Shown piece by piece: positions 37,970-48,953 of a stretch of DNA of 64,000 nucleotides. The position numbers and the translations under genes were made by a program. Origin of the DNA: an uncultured Chloroflexia bacterium (GTDB lineage: Bacteria > Chloroflexota > Limnocylindria > Limnocylindrales > CSP1-4); contig CAVPJO010000014.1 of NCBI GenBank assembly GCA_963705425.1, positions 925-64,924 of the forward strand. The letters are read 5' to 3'. Position 1 is the stretch's first letter; every line of letters starts with the position of its first letter. The notes below the pieces were generated by a model. The model was not told where the DNA came from. It was given only the letters and a program-made list of their open reading frames with translations, and ran no database searches.

Positions 37970-39208
37970 ATGGATGAGGCCACAGGTGCGGGCGCGGCCA
38001 CGATCGAGTTCGATCATGTCAGCAAGCACTACGACGCGGCCACCATGAAATCGGGTGAACCGGGCGCGGTCGATGACCTCTCGCTGACCGTCCCGGCCGG
38101 GCGCATCTGCGTGCTGGTCGGGCCCTCCGGTTGCGGCAAGACCACGACGCTCAAGATGGTCAACCGGCTCATCGAGCCCAGCGGCGGGCACATCCTCATC
38201 AGCGGCGCGGACATCGGCGCTGCGGATGTGACCGAGCTGCGCCGTGGCATCGGCTATGTCATCCAGCAGGTCGGCCTTTTCCCGCATCAGACCATCGCCC
38301 AGAACGTGGCCACCGTGCCCCGCCTCCTGGGCTGGAAGCCGAAGCGGCAGCAAGAGCGCTCCGATGAGCTGCTCTCGATGGTCGGTCTGGAGCCGGGCAC
38401 GTACCGCGACCGCTTCCCGAGCCAGCTTTCCGGGGGCGAGCGCCAGCGGGTGGGCGTGGCTCGCGCGCTTGCGGCCGATCCCCCTGTGATGCTCATGGAC
38501 GAGCCCTTCGGCGCGGTCGACCCCATCGTGCGTGAGCGCCTGCAGAACGAGTTCCTGCGCCTCCAGGAAGACCTGGCCAAGACCATCCTCTTCGTCACCC
38601 ACGACATCGACGAGGCCATCAAGATGGGTGACCTCGTGGTGGTCATGCAGTCGGGTGGCAAGATCGCCCAGCTCGGCGCACCGGCGGAGTTGTTGGCCGA
38701 GCCGGCCAGCGAGTACGTAGCCCGCTTCGTCGGGGCTGACCGCGGCCTGAAGCGCCTGTCGCTCTATCGCGTCGGCGACATCGACCTCGCGGAGGCACCG
38801 CTGGCACACGTGGGCGAGGCCGTGAAGGTGCTGCGCGAACGGGCACACGATGCAGATCTCGACTTCGTGCTTCTCGTCGACGAGGCTGAGCGGCCCGTCG
38901 GTTGGGTCGAGCTCGCCGACCTGCCTCCCGAGGGAAGCATCACCACGGAGCATGCCGATCCGACCTCCCCACTGCTGGATCGACGGGCCACGCTCAAGGA
39001 GGCCACCTCTCGGCTGCTCGACGAGGAAGTGCGCAATGGCGTCGTGGTCGACCGCAATGGACGCGTCCAGGGATTGCTGACCCTGCGCGCGGTCATGGAC
39101 TGGCTGCAGGACGAGCGCTCTCGCGAGGTGCCGGCCGACATCGCCCAGGCCGTATCGGAGGCCAGCGTCGTTGAGGACGACCCCGAACCAGCGGGCCCAT
39201 CGGTCTAG
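37970..39208 (+). CDS. ABC transporter ATP-binding protein with tandem CBS domains (OpuCA/ProV-type, compatible solute uptake)
   Basis: ORF 37919..39208 from ATG 37970: [35 protein letters not shown], then a CBS-like C-terminal region. Confidence 0.9.
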   Translation: MDEATGAGAATIEFDHVSKHYDAATMKSGEPGAVDDLSLTVPAGRICVLVGPSGCGKTTTLKMVNRLIEPSGGHILISGADIGAADVTELRRGIGYVIQQVGLFPHQTIAQNVATVPRLLGWKPKRQQERSDELLSMVGLEPGTYRDRFPSQLSGGERQRVGVARALAADPPVMLMDEPFGAVDPIVRERLQNEFLRLQEDLAKTILFVTHDIDEAIKMGDLVVVMQSGGKIAQLGAPAELLAEPASEYVARFVGADRGLKRLSLYRVGDIDLAEAPLAHVGEAVKVLRERAHDADLDFVLLVDEAERPVGWVELADLPPEGSITTEHADPTSPLLDRRATLKEATSRLLDEEVRNGVVVDRNGRVQGLLTLRAVMDWLQDERSREVPADIAQAVSEASVVEDDPEPAGPSV

Positions 39209-39211
39209 CGC

Positions 39212-39874
39212 ATGATCGAGATCCGTTGGGAGTGGATCGCCAGCCATCTCGACGACGTGGCCGAGAAGACCTGGCAGCACCTGCAGCTGCTGGTCATCCC
39301 CATGGTGGCCGGTTTCGTCATCGCCTTCGCTCTGGCGGTGCTGGCCATGCGCCGGCCTGGCACGATCGGGCCGGTCACCGCGATCACCGGTCTGCTCTAC
39401 ACCATCCCCAGCCTGGCTGCCTTCGCGGTGCTCATCCCCATCACGGGCTTGTCGCTGATGACCGCCATCATCCCGCTGACCACCTACACGCTGCTGATCC
39501 TCTACGTCAATACCGTGGCCGGCCTGCGCTCCGTGCCACCTGAGGTCAACGAGGCCGCGGATGCCATGGGCTACACCAGGAGCTCGCGATTGCTCCGTGT
39601 CCAGCTACCGCTGGCCGTGCCCCTGATCATGGCCGGGGTGCGCGTGGCTGCGGTCACGACCATCGGCCTCGTGACGGTGGCCGCCATCATCGGTGGCAAC
39701 CGCTTCGGAGGCCTTGGCCAGTTCATCACCGAGGGGCTGCAGACCGATTTCGACACCAAGATCTACCTCGGGGCGATCGGCTCGGTCATCCTCGCCTTCG
39801 CTGTCGATGCTGGGCTGGTCGCGCTGCAACGCCTGCTCACACCGTGGACGCGTGCCCGGGCCGAGGGCGGATAG
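39212..39874 (+). CDS. ABC transporter permease (OpuCB-like)
   Basis: ORF 39212..39874 (220 aa) is multi-TM with an EAA-like loop (EAADAMGYTRSSRLLRVQLPLAVP). It starts 3 nt after the ATPase stop. Confidence 0.9.
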   Translation: MIEIRWEWIASHLDDVAEKTWQHLQLLVIPMVAGFVIAFALAVLAMRRPGTIGPVTAITGLLYTIPSLAAFAVLIPITGLSLMTAIIPLTTYTLLILYVNTVAGLRSVPPEVNEAADAMGYTRSSRLLRVQLPLAVPLIMAGVRVAAVTTIGLVTVAAIIGGNRFGGLGQFITEGLQTDFDTKIYLGAIGSVILAFAVDAGLVALQRLLTPWTRARAEGG

Positions 39875-39877
39875 GCC

Positions 39878-40624
39878 ATGGAAGAACTGCTCGCGTTCCT
39901 GACCGACCCTGCCAACTGGCAGGACGAGACGGGGATCCCCAATCGGGTCATCGAGCACATCCTCATCGCCTTGCTGGCGGTGCTGACGGCTTCGGGCATC
40001 GCCTTGCCGTTGGGCTTCTACATCGGCCACACCGGCCGCCTGCAGCTGCTGGGCATCAACATCGCGAACATCGGCCGGGCCATCCCCTCGTATGCGGTCA
40101 TGGTCATGCTGCTGCCCGTGATGCTGGCGCTGGCGCCGGTGCTCGGCTACGATCCACGCCTCGGCCTGCGCTTCTTCCCGATCTTCCTGGCCATGGTCCT
40201 GCTCGCTATCCCACCCATCCTGGTAGCTACCTATGCCGGCCTCCAGGAGGTCGATCGCGACCTGACCGAGTCATCCCGGGGCATGGGCCTCACCGATCGC
40301 CAGATCCTTACCGAGGTGGAGCTGCCGCTGGCGCTTCCGGTCATCATCGGCGGCTTCCGCGTGGCGCTCCTGCAGGTCATCGCCACGGCCACCATCGGCG
40401 CCTTCCTCGCTGCGGGTGGACTGGGGCGCTACATCATCGACGGCATCGCCCGGCGTGACGACGGGATGCTCTACTCGGGCGTGCTGCTTGTGGCTGTGCT
40501 GGCCATCGGTACCGACGTGCTGCTGTCATGGCTGCAGCGTCGCCTGACCCCTCGCGGCGTTCGTGTCGCTGCCGATCCTGAGTCGGTCGTGGCTGCCGAG
40601 GCCGCCTCGGCAAAGGCTGCCTGA
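39878..40624 (+). CDS. ABC transporter permease (OpuCD-like)
   Basis: ORF 39878..40624 (248 aa) is multi-TM with an EAA-like loop (ESSRGMGLTDRQILTEVELPLALP). Confidence 0.9.
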   Translation: MEELLAFLTDPANWQDETGIPNRVIEHILIALLAVLTASGIALPLGFYIGHTGRLQLLGINIANIGRAIPSYAVMVMLLPVMLALAPVLGYDPRLGLRFFPIFLAMVLLAIPPILVATYAGLQEVDRDLTESSRGMGLTDRQILTEVELPLALPVIIGGFRVALLQVIATATIGAFLAAGGLGRYIIDGIARRDDGMLYSGVLLVAVLAIGTDVLLSWLQRRLTPRGVRVAADPESVVAAEAASAKAA

Positions 40625-40744
40625 GCTGGTCGGGCGGCCCCGACGTGAGCCCCCTCACACCGAACCAGTAGCGCCTCGGGTAGGGTTATGCGGACCGCAG
40701 TCGCCAGATGGCGCCCGGTCAGACAATCCACAAGGGAGGTACCC

Positions 40745-41705
40745 ATGCGGAGTACCCGCAGACTCGCCCTCGGGGCGTCGATCCTGGCATCGATCGCGAT
40801 GGTCGGATCGGCGGGTGGGGGCGCCATCGTGTCGGCGCAGGACCAGCCCACGGTTCGGATCGGCTCTGACGGCTTCTATGAATCCCGAGCTCATGGCTGA
40901 GATCTATGGCCAGGCGCTCGAGGCCGAAGGCTTCGGCGTCGAGCGCCAGCTAGCCATCGGCGCCCGTCCTGCGCGAGTCGCAGCCTTTGAGGCCGGACAG
41001 ATCGATCTCGTGCCCGAGTATGTCGGCTCCGGCCTCGGCTTCTACACCGTGGGCTCGGAGAACCCGGACCTTGCGGCCATCACGGTCAGCGGTGATGGCG
41101 AGACCAACCGTTCAAACCTGCAGCAGGCGCTTGACATCGCCGAAGTCGGTGCCACCGTGCTGGCCATCAGCGCCGGTGAGGATACCAACGCGGCCGTCGT
41201 TCGCGCCGATACCGCCGAGCAATTCAGCCTCACGAGCATCAGCGACCTGGTCGCGGTCGCCGACCAGCTGACCTTCGGACTGCCGCCCGAGTGTGAGGTC
41301 AACGCGCTCTGCCGCGGCGCGCTCGAGGACGGATATGGCATCGCCTGGCCGCCAGCCCAGCTCGAGCTGCTGCCCGCCTGCGACGCACCGATGGCCGGCG
41401 CTCTGGAGGGCAACGCCATCGACGTGGCTTGGCTCTGCTCCACGCAGCCCGCCATCGCCCAGAACGGTTGGGTGGTGCTCGAAGACGATCTCGCGACACA
41501 GCCAGCTGAGAACCTCGCTCCGGTGGTGCGCAACGACTTCCTCGACGGCGTGGACGGTGGCGCTGAGACGATCGCTGCCATCCTCGATCCCATCTCCAGC
41601 GCGATCACGACCGAGGTCCTGACCGAGATGGGCGTACGCGTCGCGGTGGACCAGGATTCCATCGAGGACGTGGCTGCGGGCTTCCTCGCGAGCCTTTCCG
41701 AGTAG
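40745..41705 (+). CDS. Glycine betaine/compatible-solute ABC substrate-binding protein (OpuCC-like), one frame break near 40880
   Basis: The signal peptide MRSTRRLALGASILASIAMVGSAGGGAIVSAQ is in ORF 40688..40900, with SD GGGAGG. The body (ELMAEIYGQALEAEGFGVERQ...IDLVPEYVGSGL...) is in ORF 40563..41705. Confidence 0.85.
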
Positions 41706-41724
41706 CGCCCCCTCACTCACGAGG

Positions 41725-41756
41725 AAGCGGCCCCGGGCTCGACCCAGGGCCGCTTT
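41725..41756. terminator. Hairpin between convergent genes (candidate bidirectional terminator)
   Basis: A 9-bp stem AAGCGGCCC (41725..41733) / GGGCCGCTT (41747..41755) with a 13-nt loop, followed by only a short T run. It lies between the SBP stop (41705) and the iolE-like stop (41771). Confidence 0.4.
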
Positions 41757-41770
41757 CATCGCGTCTGGCG

Positions 41771-42709
41771 TCAGAAACCGCGGGCGGCGAGCCACGCTCG
41801 GTTGCGTGTGTGAAGCGCCAGCAGTTCCCCGGCGGTGTCGACCGGCTTCAGGAAGCGATCCTGTTCGACGGTCATCCAGCCCTCGTAGCCGCGGGCCTTG
41901 AGCGCATCGAGGAAGCCGTCCAGGCCGGCCGTGCCCAGGCCCAGCTCACAGAAGACGCCGCGATCCCAGGCCTCCATCAGGCCGCCGCCCGACTGGCACA
42001 CCTCGCCTAACACGCCGAGGTCACAGTCCTTGATGTGCACGAGCCTGACGCAGTCGCCGTAGTCCTCCAGCAGCTGCAGCGGATCAGCGCCGCCGAAGAG
42101 GGCGTGGCCGGTGTCCAGGCACATGCCCACGAGGTCGGTGTCGAGCGCGTCGAAGACGCGGTGGATCTCGGAGTCGCTCTCACAGTAGCTGCCGGCATGG
42201 AAGTGCAGCACCGGGTCGAAGCCTCGTTCGCGGCAGATCTCGCCGGCCCGCGCCATGTTGTCGATGAGCACGGGGAAGCGATCGGGGGGCAGGCCCGCTT
42301 CGGGATGGCTGTCGATCTGCCCGGCCCAGCGCATGCGCTCGGGTTCAAGGGAGGCATCGGCCAGGACGGCCTTGGGCATGACTTCGTCGGGGCGACCTTC
42401 GGCGAGCAGGTCGAGCACTCCCACCATCCACTCGAGGTCCTCGGCGATGTGCTCGGCGCGGCTGAATCGCAGTGGCAGGAAGGCACCCACCAGGGACAGG
42501 TCACGCGCGGCCAGACGCTCCCGCATGACGCTGGCCTCACCGAAGTAGCCGGGCGGGCCCAGCTCGGTGCCGGCATAGCCGGCGACCGCCATCTGATCGA
42601 GCATCTGCTCTGGTCCGAGCTGCAGCGGATCACCCTCGGTCTTCTCGAAGACGCCCCAGGACACCGGGGCGGCAGCGACCTTGATGCCGCCGGTTCCGTT
42701 CGAGCTCAT
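41771..42709 (-). CDS. iolE: Xylose isomerase-like TIM-barrel sugar phosphate isomerase/epimerase, inosose dehydratase (IolE)-like
   Basis: The distal part of ORF 41771..42922 from ATG 42709, with SD GAGGGGGGAG: IKVAAAPVSWGVFE...MAVAGYAGTELGPPGYFG, HFHAGSYCE, HIKDC, TVEQD. It sits in the iol operon context. Confidence 0.75.
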   Translation of the reverse strand: MSSNGTGGIKVAAAPVSWGVFEKTEGDPLQLGPEQMLDQMAVAGYAGTELGPPGYFGEASVMRERLAARDLSLVGAFLPLRFSRAEHIAEDLEWMVGVLDLLAEGRPDEVMPKAVLADASLEPERMRWAGQIDSHPEAGLPPDRFPVLIDNMARAGEICRERGFDPVLHFHAGSYCESDSEIHRVFDALDTDLVGMCLDTGHALFGGADPLQLLEDYGDCVRLVHIKDCDLGVLGEVCQSGGGLMEAWDRGVFCELGLGTAGLDGFLDALKARGYEGWMTVEQDRFLKPVDTAGELLALHTRNRAWLAARGF

Positions 42710-42722
42710 CGACTCCCCCTCA

Positions 42723-44595
42723 CTACACGAACGAGCGTTCCTTCTCCAGGCTGGCCTCGTACTCCTTGCGAGCCCGGCGGACCCGTTCCGAGGTCGAGAC
42801 CTCGGCGACCGGCACATCCCACCAGCTCTCGTAGTCGGGCACGGCCGGGTCGGGGTTGACCTCGACCACGATGGCCACCGGCCCGCCCTCGATCGCCTTG
42901 GCCTGCGCCAGTGCCGCTTCAAGCTCGGCCGGGGTATGGGCGGTGAGTACGGTGGCGCCGAGGCTGGCGGCGTTGGCGGCGTAGTCGATGGGCAAGCGGC
43001 TCGCCGGTGAAGCCGCCCGTCTCCGCTTCGCGCACGCGGAAGTGGTTGAACGAGTTGTCACCGCCGCATGACCCAGAGAGGTTGTGGATGCAGCGGAAGC
43101 CGTGGTTGTCGAGGATGACGATGGTCATCGAGATGCCTTCCTGGTAGGCGCTGGCGATCTCGTTGGCGAGCATCAGGTAGGAGCCATCGCCGAGCATCAC
43201 GTAGACCTCTCGCTCCGGTTCGGCCATGGCCACGCCCATGCCGCCGGCGACTTCGTAGCCCATGGTCGAGTAGCCGTACTCCATGTGGTAGCTATGGGGA
43301 CCGCTGGCACGCCAGACCTTGTGCAGATCACCGGGCAGGCTGCCGGCGGCCGCGACCATGACGCCCTCCTCACCGGCCGCCTCGTTGACCAGGCGGATGA
43401 CCTCCGGCTGCGAGATGTCGCTGTCAGCGGCGAGACGCAGGACGCGATCGACCTCGTCGTTCCACTCGGTCCGTAGCCGTTCGATGTGCGCCAGACGCTC
43501 CCCGTCGGGGCCTTCATAGCCGCGTCCGTTGAGAACGGCGTGCAGCTCCTCGATGGCCACGAGCGCATCGCCGACCAGCGGGATGGCCGCTGCCTTGGCG
43601 GCGTCGAACTCGGCCACGTTGATGGCGATGAACCCGACTTCGGGGTCTTGCCACGAGGTCCAGCTCATGGTCGGGAAGTCCGAGAGCCGGGTGCCGATGG
43701 CGATGACCAGGTCGGCATCGCGGGCGATGGCGTTGCCGGCACGACCGCCGGCCGAGCCCATGGCACCGAGGTTGAAGGGGTGGTCCCAGGGCAGCGCGCC
43801 CTTGCCGGCCTGCGTCTCCACGACCGGGATGCCGAAGCGCGTGGCGAAGGCGGCCAAGGCCTCCGAGGCACCGCTGTAGATGGTGCCGCCGCCGGTCACG
43901 ATCATGGGGCGCTGCGCGGCGACGATGCGCTCAGCCGCTGCCGCCAGCAGTCCGACATCGGGCCGTGAACGCGGGATGACCCAGGTGCGCGGCTCGAGCA
44001 GTTCGGAGGGCCACTCCCAGGCTTCGGCCTGGACGTCCTGGGGCAGGGCCAGGGTCACAGCGCCCGTCTCCGCGGGCGAGGTCAGCACACGCATCGCGGC
44101 TGGTAGCGCATCGATGAGCATCTCCGGTCGCTCGATGCGGTCGAAGTAGCGGGAGACGGGACGGAAGGCATCGTTGACCGAGAGATCGCCGGCTTCCGGG
44201 CGCTCCAGCTGCTGCAGCACCGGGCGCACACGGCGCGTCGCGAAGCGATCGCCGGGCAGCAGCAGGACGGGCAGGCGGTTGACCGTGGCGTTGGCCGCGC
44301 CGGTGACCATGTTGGTGGCGCCGGGTCCGATCGAGGAGGTGCAGGCGAACGTGCGCAGCCGCTGGCTCTGCTTGGCGAAGGCGGCGGCGGTATGCACCAT
44401 GGCCTGCTCGTTGCGGGTCTGGTAGTAGCGCACGCTGTCCTGCGCAGCTTCCAGCGCTTCGCCCATGCCGGCCACGATGCCATGGCCGAAGATGCCGAAG
44501 ACGCCCTCGAAGAAGCGCTGGCGTTCTCCGTCACGCTCGACGTACTGATTGGCCAGCCAGGTCACGATGGCCTGGGCCACGGTCGTTCGCGGCAT
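42723..44595 (-). CDS. iolD: 3D-(3,5/4)-trihydroxycyclohexane-1,2-dione acylhydrolase (IolD, ThDP enzyme), one frame break near 42990-43005
   Basis: ORF 42919..44595 is ThDP-enzyme-like throughout (GIFGHGIVAG, TSSIGPGATNMVTGAA, GDGSYLMLANE). The C-terminus PIDYAANAASLGA...YESWWDVPVAEVS is in ORF 42723..43061. Confidence 0.9.
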
Positions 44596-44624
44596 ACCGC
44601 CTCCTCCCCTCCTCTGGGTGTGTG

Positions 44625-45711
44625 CTAGGCCTTCACATCCGGATTCGGGATCATCAGCTCATCGATGGTGCCCACCAACTCCCAGTAGGACGCGATGAAA
44701 GCACGCAGCGTGCGCATGGTGGCCCCGTAGGTGTCGAACTCCTCGATGGTGAGGCCGTCGGGTTCGTAGGCCTTGACGAACTCCGGGCAGCGCTCCAGCA
44801 GCTCGGCCACGTAAGCCCCCGGCACCGGATCGCTCCAGCGGTCCTTGACCTCGACCGCGGAGTCATTGAAGAGCCGCTGCCAGCCGTAGGGGATGGTCAT
44901 GGAGACGTCGCCACCGATGAGCTCCGACCAGTGGTGGTGATGGCGATAGGCGGCAGCCAGCAACCGCGCGCGGTAGCCGCGCTCCGCGAAGATGGCCGCA
45001 GCCCGCTTGAAGACCGCCACGCCGGCCCAGTCGGGAGCCGCCGGATCGACGATGATGCCGTCGCGGTCGTTTGCCTTCTTCACCCAGTCGTCGGTGCGTC
45101 CGATCATGATCGTGCACACGGGCGCCATCCACGACGTGTCCTGACCCGCGGCCTCACGCTTGGCCAACGCTCGCTCGACGGCTTCGCCGACCGCCAACGC
45201 CTGGGGCACCGTGAAGGACACCGTGGCGTTGATGTTGATGCCCTCTTCGGTCACGGCCTCGATGCGCCTCGACTCCGGCCCTGGTAGCAGGGAACTTGAT
45301 CTGCACGTTCGGTGCGAGCGTGTCGAAATGGCGTGCCTGCTCGATCATCTTCTCGACCGATCGGTTGAACGTCGGGTTGATCTGGATCGAGAGCCGCCCT
45401 TTCTGGCCGTGCTCCGCCTGGTAGATGGGCTCGAGCATCTTCCAGCCGCGGATGGCCATCTCCTCGATGACCTGCCAGGTCACCTCCTGGTCGGTCCAGG
45501 TCGGGTTCTGCGCAGCGATCTCCCTCACTCGCGGCGCCCAGACGTCGTATTCCTGCTTCATCACCGAGCCCACGATGGTGGGGTTCGTGGTCGCCCCCAC
45601 TGCGCCATTCGCGATGGCGTACGTCAGCTCAGCCTCGTTGCAGGAGTCGTTCCAATAATCGGTCGGGAACTCACTCGCAGTGCGCTGCAGCGGGGTGGGC
45701 GTCTTGGCCAT
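44625..45711 (-). CDS. Transaldolase-family protein, one frame break near 45265
   Basis: The N-terminal half is in ORF 45154..45816 from ATG 45711, with SD AAGGAG: DYWNDSCN, GAVGATTNP, RLSIQINP, IKFPATRAGVEA. The C-terminal half is in ORF 44625..45254: EEGININATVSFTVPQ, IMIGRTDDW. Confidence 0.85.
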
Positions 45712-45749
45712 CGATGTGCTCCTTCGTGCTCTAGGTGGGTTCGTCTTCC

Positions 45750-46595
45750 CTAGGTGGGCAGGTGGGGGTCCCAGTTCATCAGCCAGGCATGATCGGGGTC
45801 GAGGGTGAAATGCCATGCCCGGTTAGGGCCAGCCATCACGTTGAGGTAGTAGGCGTCGTAGCCGGCTGGGGCGCCGAAGGGGTGGTAGCCCTTGGGGATG
45901 AGCAGGACGTCCCGGTCTCTCGGCGCGAATGACGCATCGAGTGAGCGGTCCGGCGTGTAGACCCGGGCGAAGCCCCAGCCCTCGGGCCTCGCGAAACGGT
46001 AGTAGTACAGCTCCTCGAGGTAGGCCTCGGTGGGTGGATCCTCGGTGTCGTGCTTATGGGGCGGGTAGCTGGACCAGTTGCCACCGGGCGTGTAGACCTC
46101 GAAGAGGATGAGCCGTCCGGCCTCGGTGGTCGGGGGCAGCAGGTGGTGGACACGTCGTTCGGTGACGCCGGAGCCACGCGTTTCCACGTACAGGTCCGAG
46201 GGCTCGAAGAGACGCGTCAGGTGCACCTCGGCGCCGGGGGCTTCGGCAACGATGATGGTCGCCTCGCTTTCGGCCGTGATCTCGAGGTCCAGACCGGGTT
46301 CCAGCAAGAGGACCGGGGGTGCGGGTCCATCGAAGACGCTCTCCCGGCTGCCCAGCGAGCCATACCGTCGTGTCCCCGCCCGCACGCTGGCACTGCCCTC
46401 GAGCACGATGAGCGCGCGCTCGTGGTCATCGGCGGGCCTCTCGATGCCCATACCCGCGCGCAGCCGATGCTCGGAGAAGCCCACGAACCGCCAGCCGGCG
46501 TCACTTGCACTGATGGCGTGGACTTGGCCCGTCTGGGGGTCTGGCGAGCCAGCCCGCCGTATCAGGTCATCTGGCGCGACAGCAGGCGTCATCAT
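45750..46595 (-). CDS. iolB: 5-deoxy-glucuronate isomerase (IolB)
   Basis: ORF 45750..46658 from ATG 46595, with SD GGAGGA: GNWSSYPPHKHD, EELYYYRF, GWGFARVYT, IPKGYHPFGAPAGYDAYYLNVMAGP. Confidence 0.9.
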   Translation of the reverse strand: MMTPAVAPDDLIRRAGSPDPQTGQVHAISASDAGWRFVGFSEHRLRAGMGIERPADDHERALIVLEGSASVRAGTRRYGSLGSRESVFDGPAPPVLLLEPGLDLEITAESEATIIVAEAPGAEVHLTRLFEPSDLYVETRGSGVTERRVHHLLPPTTEAGRLILFEVYTPGGNWSSYPPHKHDTEDPPTEAYLEELYYYRFARPEGWGFARVYTPDRSLDASFAPRDRDVLLIPKGYHPFGAPAGYDAYYLNVMAGPNRAWHFTLDPDHAWLMNWDPHLPT

Positions 46596-46700
46596 CGATG
46601 CATGTCCTCCGAGCCGCGGAGCCGCCCGTCGCCGACGGGGCTGTCGGCGGGTCTGCAAGTTGACACGGGACCCCTCCTCTGCCCATGATACGCCTTTGAC

Positions 46701-46712
46701 GTAAACGTTTAC
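46701..46712. promoter_or_regulatory. LacI-family-type operator palindrome GTAAACGTTTAC in the divergent iolB / iolG intergenic region
   Basis: Read directly: tttgacGTAAACGTTTACagga. It is a perfect 12-bp inverted repeat with a central CG, matching 13 of 14 positions of the generic TGTAAACGTTTACA LacI/CcpA-type site. A LacI-family gene lies at 50907..51907. Confidence 0.6.
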
Positions 46713-46786
46713 AGGAGCGCTAGCCGGCGCGTCGCTGGGCGCTGCGGACCCACCGCTCCGAGGGTATCGAACGGAAGGGAGCGCTC

Positions 46787-47783
46787 GTGAGGATCGGGCT
46801 ATTGGGAGCCGGACGGATCGGCAAGGCTCATGCTCAGGTACTGGCCTCCATCGACGAGGTGGACGAATTGCTGCTGGCCGATCCGGTGGCCGAGGCAGCC
46901 GAGGACCTGGCCACCACGACCGGGGCCACGGTCGTGTCCGTCGAAGCCCTGCTGGCCCAGGCCGATGCCCTCGTCATCTGCGCCATGACCGATGCCCATG
47001 CGCCGCTCGTGCGGGCTGGCCTCGAACGGCGCATCCCCATCTTCTGCGAGAAGCCCTTGGCCGCCGACCTGGCCGACGCCGTCGTCCTCGCCGAGGAGGT
47101 GGAACGGGCGGGGACGCCGTTCCAGCTGGGCTTTCAGCGCCGCTTCGACAAGGGTTACCTCGAGGCCAGACGCATGGTCGAGAGCGGCGAGCTAGGGACC
47201 CTCTACAGCGTGCGCATGGCCGGCCACGACGATGTCCCACCGCATGAGTCCTACATCCCCTTCTCCGGCGGCCTGTTCCGCGACTTCAGCGGACATGACT
47301 TCGACATCCTGCGCTGGCTCACGGGTGACGAGGTCGAAGAGCTCTACGCTGACGGATCGGTTCGTGGTTTCCCGGTCTTCACCAAGTACGACGACGTGGA
47401 CACCGCGGTTGCCACACTGCGCATGCGCAGCGGCGTGCTCGTGGTCATGACCGTCTCTCGCCACGACCCGCGCGGCTACGACGTCCGTACCGAGCTCTTC
47501 GGGTCAAAGGACAGCATCAGCGTGGGCCTGGGCCCGCGACAGGTCATCCGCTCCGTGGAACCGGGTGTGCCACCGCCCGAGGGTCCGGCCTGGCCGAACT
47601 TCCAGGACCGTTTCGCGCAGGCGTATCGCGACGAGATGCATCGGTTTCCTCGCTGTCGCCCGCGGCGACAGCGAGACACCGTGCACGGCACGTGACGGCG
47701 TGGAGTCCGCGCGCATCGCCGAGGCTGCGACCTTGGCGCTCAAGGAGCACCGCACCGTCCGACTCGATGACATCCCCGCCTGA
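46787..47783 (+). CDS. iolG: Gfo/Idh/MocA-family oxidoreductase, inositol 2-dehydrogenase (IolG)-like; one frame break near 47640
   Basis: ORF 46787..47695: MRIGLLGAGRIGKAHA, IFCEKPLA, GFQRRFD. The plausible C-terminus IGFLAVARGDSETPCTARDGVESARIAEAATLALKEHRTV is in ORF 47565..47783. Confidence 0.8.
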
Positions 47784-47897
47784 CGACGACGTCCCGCAGC
47801 GAAGGAGGTGGACCCGGCCGAAAGACATCACACCGGTTGAGAGGACCGACCCACAGCAGTGGCGGCACGGCCGCCAGATGGAGGAGTGATCCCACAG

Positions 47898-48872
47898 ATG
47901 CGAATCAAGAAGGGCCTTGCCGGCCTCGTCAGCATCGGTCTGCTCGCAGGAGCGGCCATGGCACCTGCCGCGGTCACCGCGCAGGATGATATCCGCCTCG
48001 TCGTGGTCAGCCACGGTCAGGCTTCGGACCCGTTCTGGTCCGTGGTGCAGAACGGCGTCAACGACGCCGCCGAGACGATGGGCGTGACCGCGGAGTACAC
48101 CGCCCCCGACACCTTCGACATGGTCAAGATGGGCCAGCTCATCGAGACGGCGATCGCCTCCGAGCCGGACGGCATCATCGTCTCCATCCCCGATGCCAGC
48201 GCGCTCGGTCCGTCCATCATGGCGGCCGTGGAGGCAGGCATCCCGGTCATTTCCATGAACTCCGGTTCTGACACGTACCGGGACCTCGGCGTCCTCGTGC
48301 ATGTCGGTCAGACCGAATACGAGGCCGGCTACGGCGGAGGCCTGGCCATGGCCAAGGCCGGCGTGACCACCGGCCTGTGCGTCAACCAGGAGATCGGCAA
48401 CATCGGTCTCGACCTGCGTTGCCAGGGCTTCGGTGATGCCCTCACCGAGGCCGGCGTGACGGTCCTCGATGTGCTGCCCGTAGAGCTGGCCGACCCGGCC
48501 GGCGCGCAGGCCACCATCGAGGCCGCGCTCAGTGCCAACCCTGACATCAACGGCGTGCTCACGCTCGGGCCAACCGGCGCCACCCCGGCGCTGAAGGCCT
48601 TTACCGAGCTGGGCGTCCTGGGCGACATCAGCCTGGCTACCTTCGACCTGTCACCTGAGGTGCTCGAGGCGGTAGCTGCGGGCGACATGCTGTTCGCCAT
48701 CGACCAGCAGCAGTACCTGCAGGGCTACCTGCCGGTGGTGATGCTGACCCTCTACAACCAGTACGGCGGGCTGCTGCCCGGCGGCGGCGGCGTCGTGCTC
48801 ACGGGTCCCGGTTTCGTGACCCAGGAGAACGCGGCGGCGGTCATCGAGCTGTCCGCGGCCGGCATCCGCTAG
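47898..48872 (+). CDS. Sugar ABC transporter periplasmic binding protein (ribose/inositol-type, PBP1 fold)
   Basis: ORF 47859..48872 from ATG 47898, with SD GGAGGAG. Signal peptide [29 protein letters not shown], then [24 protein letters not shown] and GIIVSIPDA. Confidence 0.9.
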   Translation: MRIKKGLAGLVSIGLLAGAAMAPAAVTAQDDIRLVVVSHGQASDPFWSVVQNGVNDAAETMGVTAEYTAPDTFDMVKMGQLIETAIASEPDGIIVSIPDASALGPSIMAAVEAGIPVISMNSGSDTYRDLGVLVHVGQTEYEAGYGGGLAMAKAGVTTGLCVNQEIGNIGLDLRCQGFGDALTEAGVTVLDVLPVELADPAGAQATIEAALSANPDINGVLTLGPTGATPALKAFTELGVLGDISLATFDLSPEVLEAVAAGDMLFAIDQQQYLQGYLPVVMLTLYNQYGGLLPGGGGVVLTGPGFVTQENAAAVIELSAAGIR

Positions 48873-48953
48873 GACGCCAGCAGCGCACCGGGAGGGGCTG
48901 GCCGTGCCGGCCCCTCCTCCACCACCGATCACCACGACGAGGGAGAAGCGCGC

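Noticed and set aside
37955-39280. 441-aa minus-strand ORF
   Set aside because: It is antisense to the CBS-domain ABC ATPase, which has clear Walker/signature motifs. It is a GC-rich shadow ORF.
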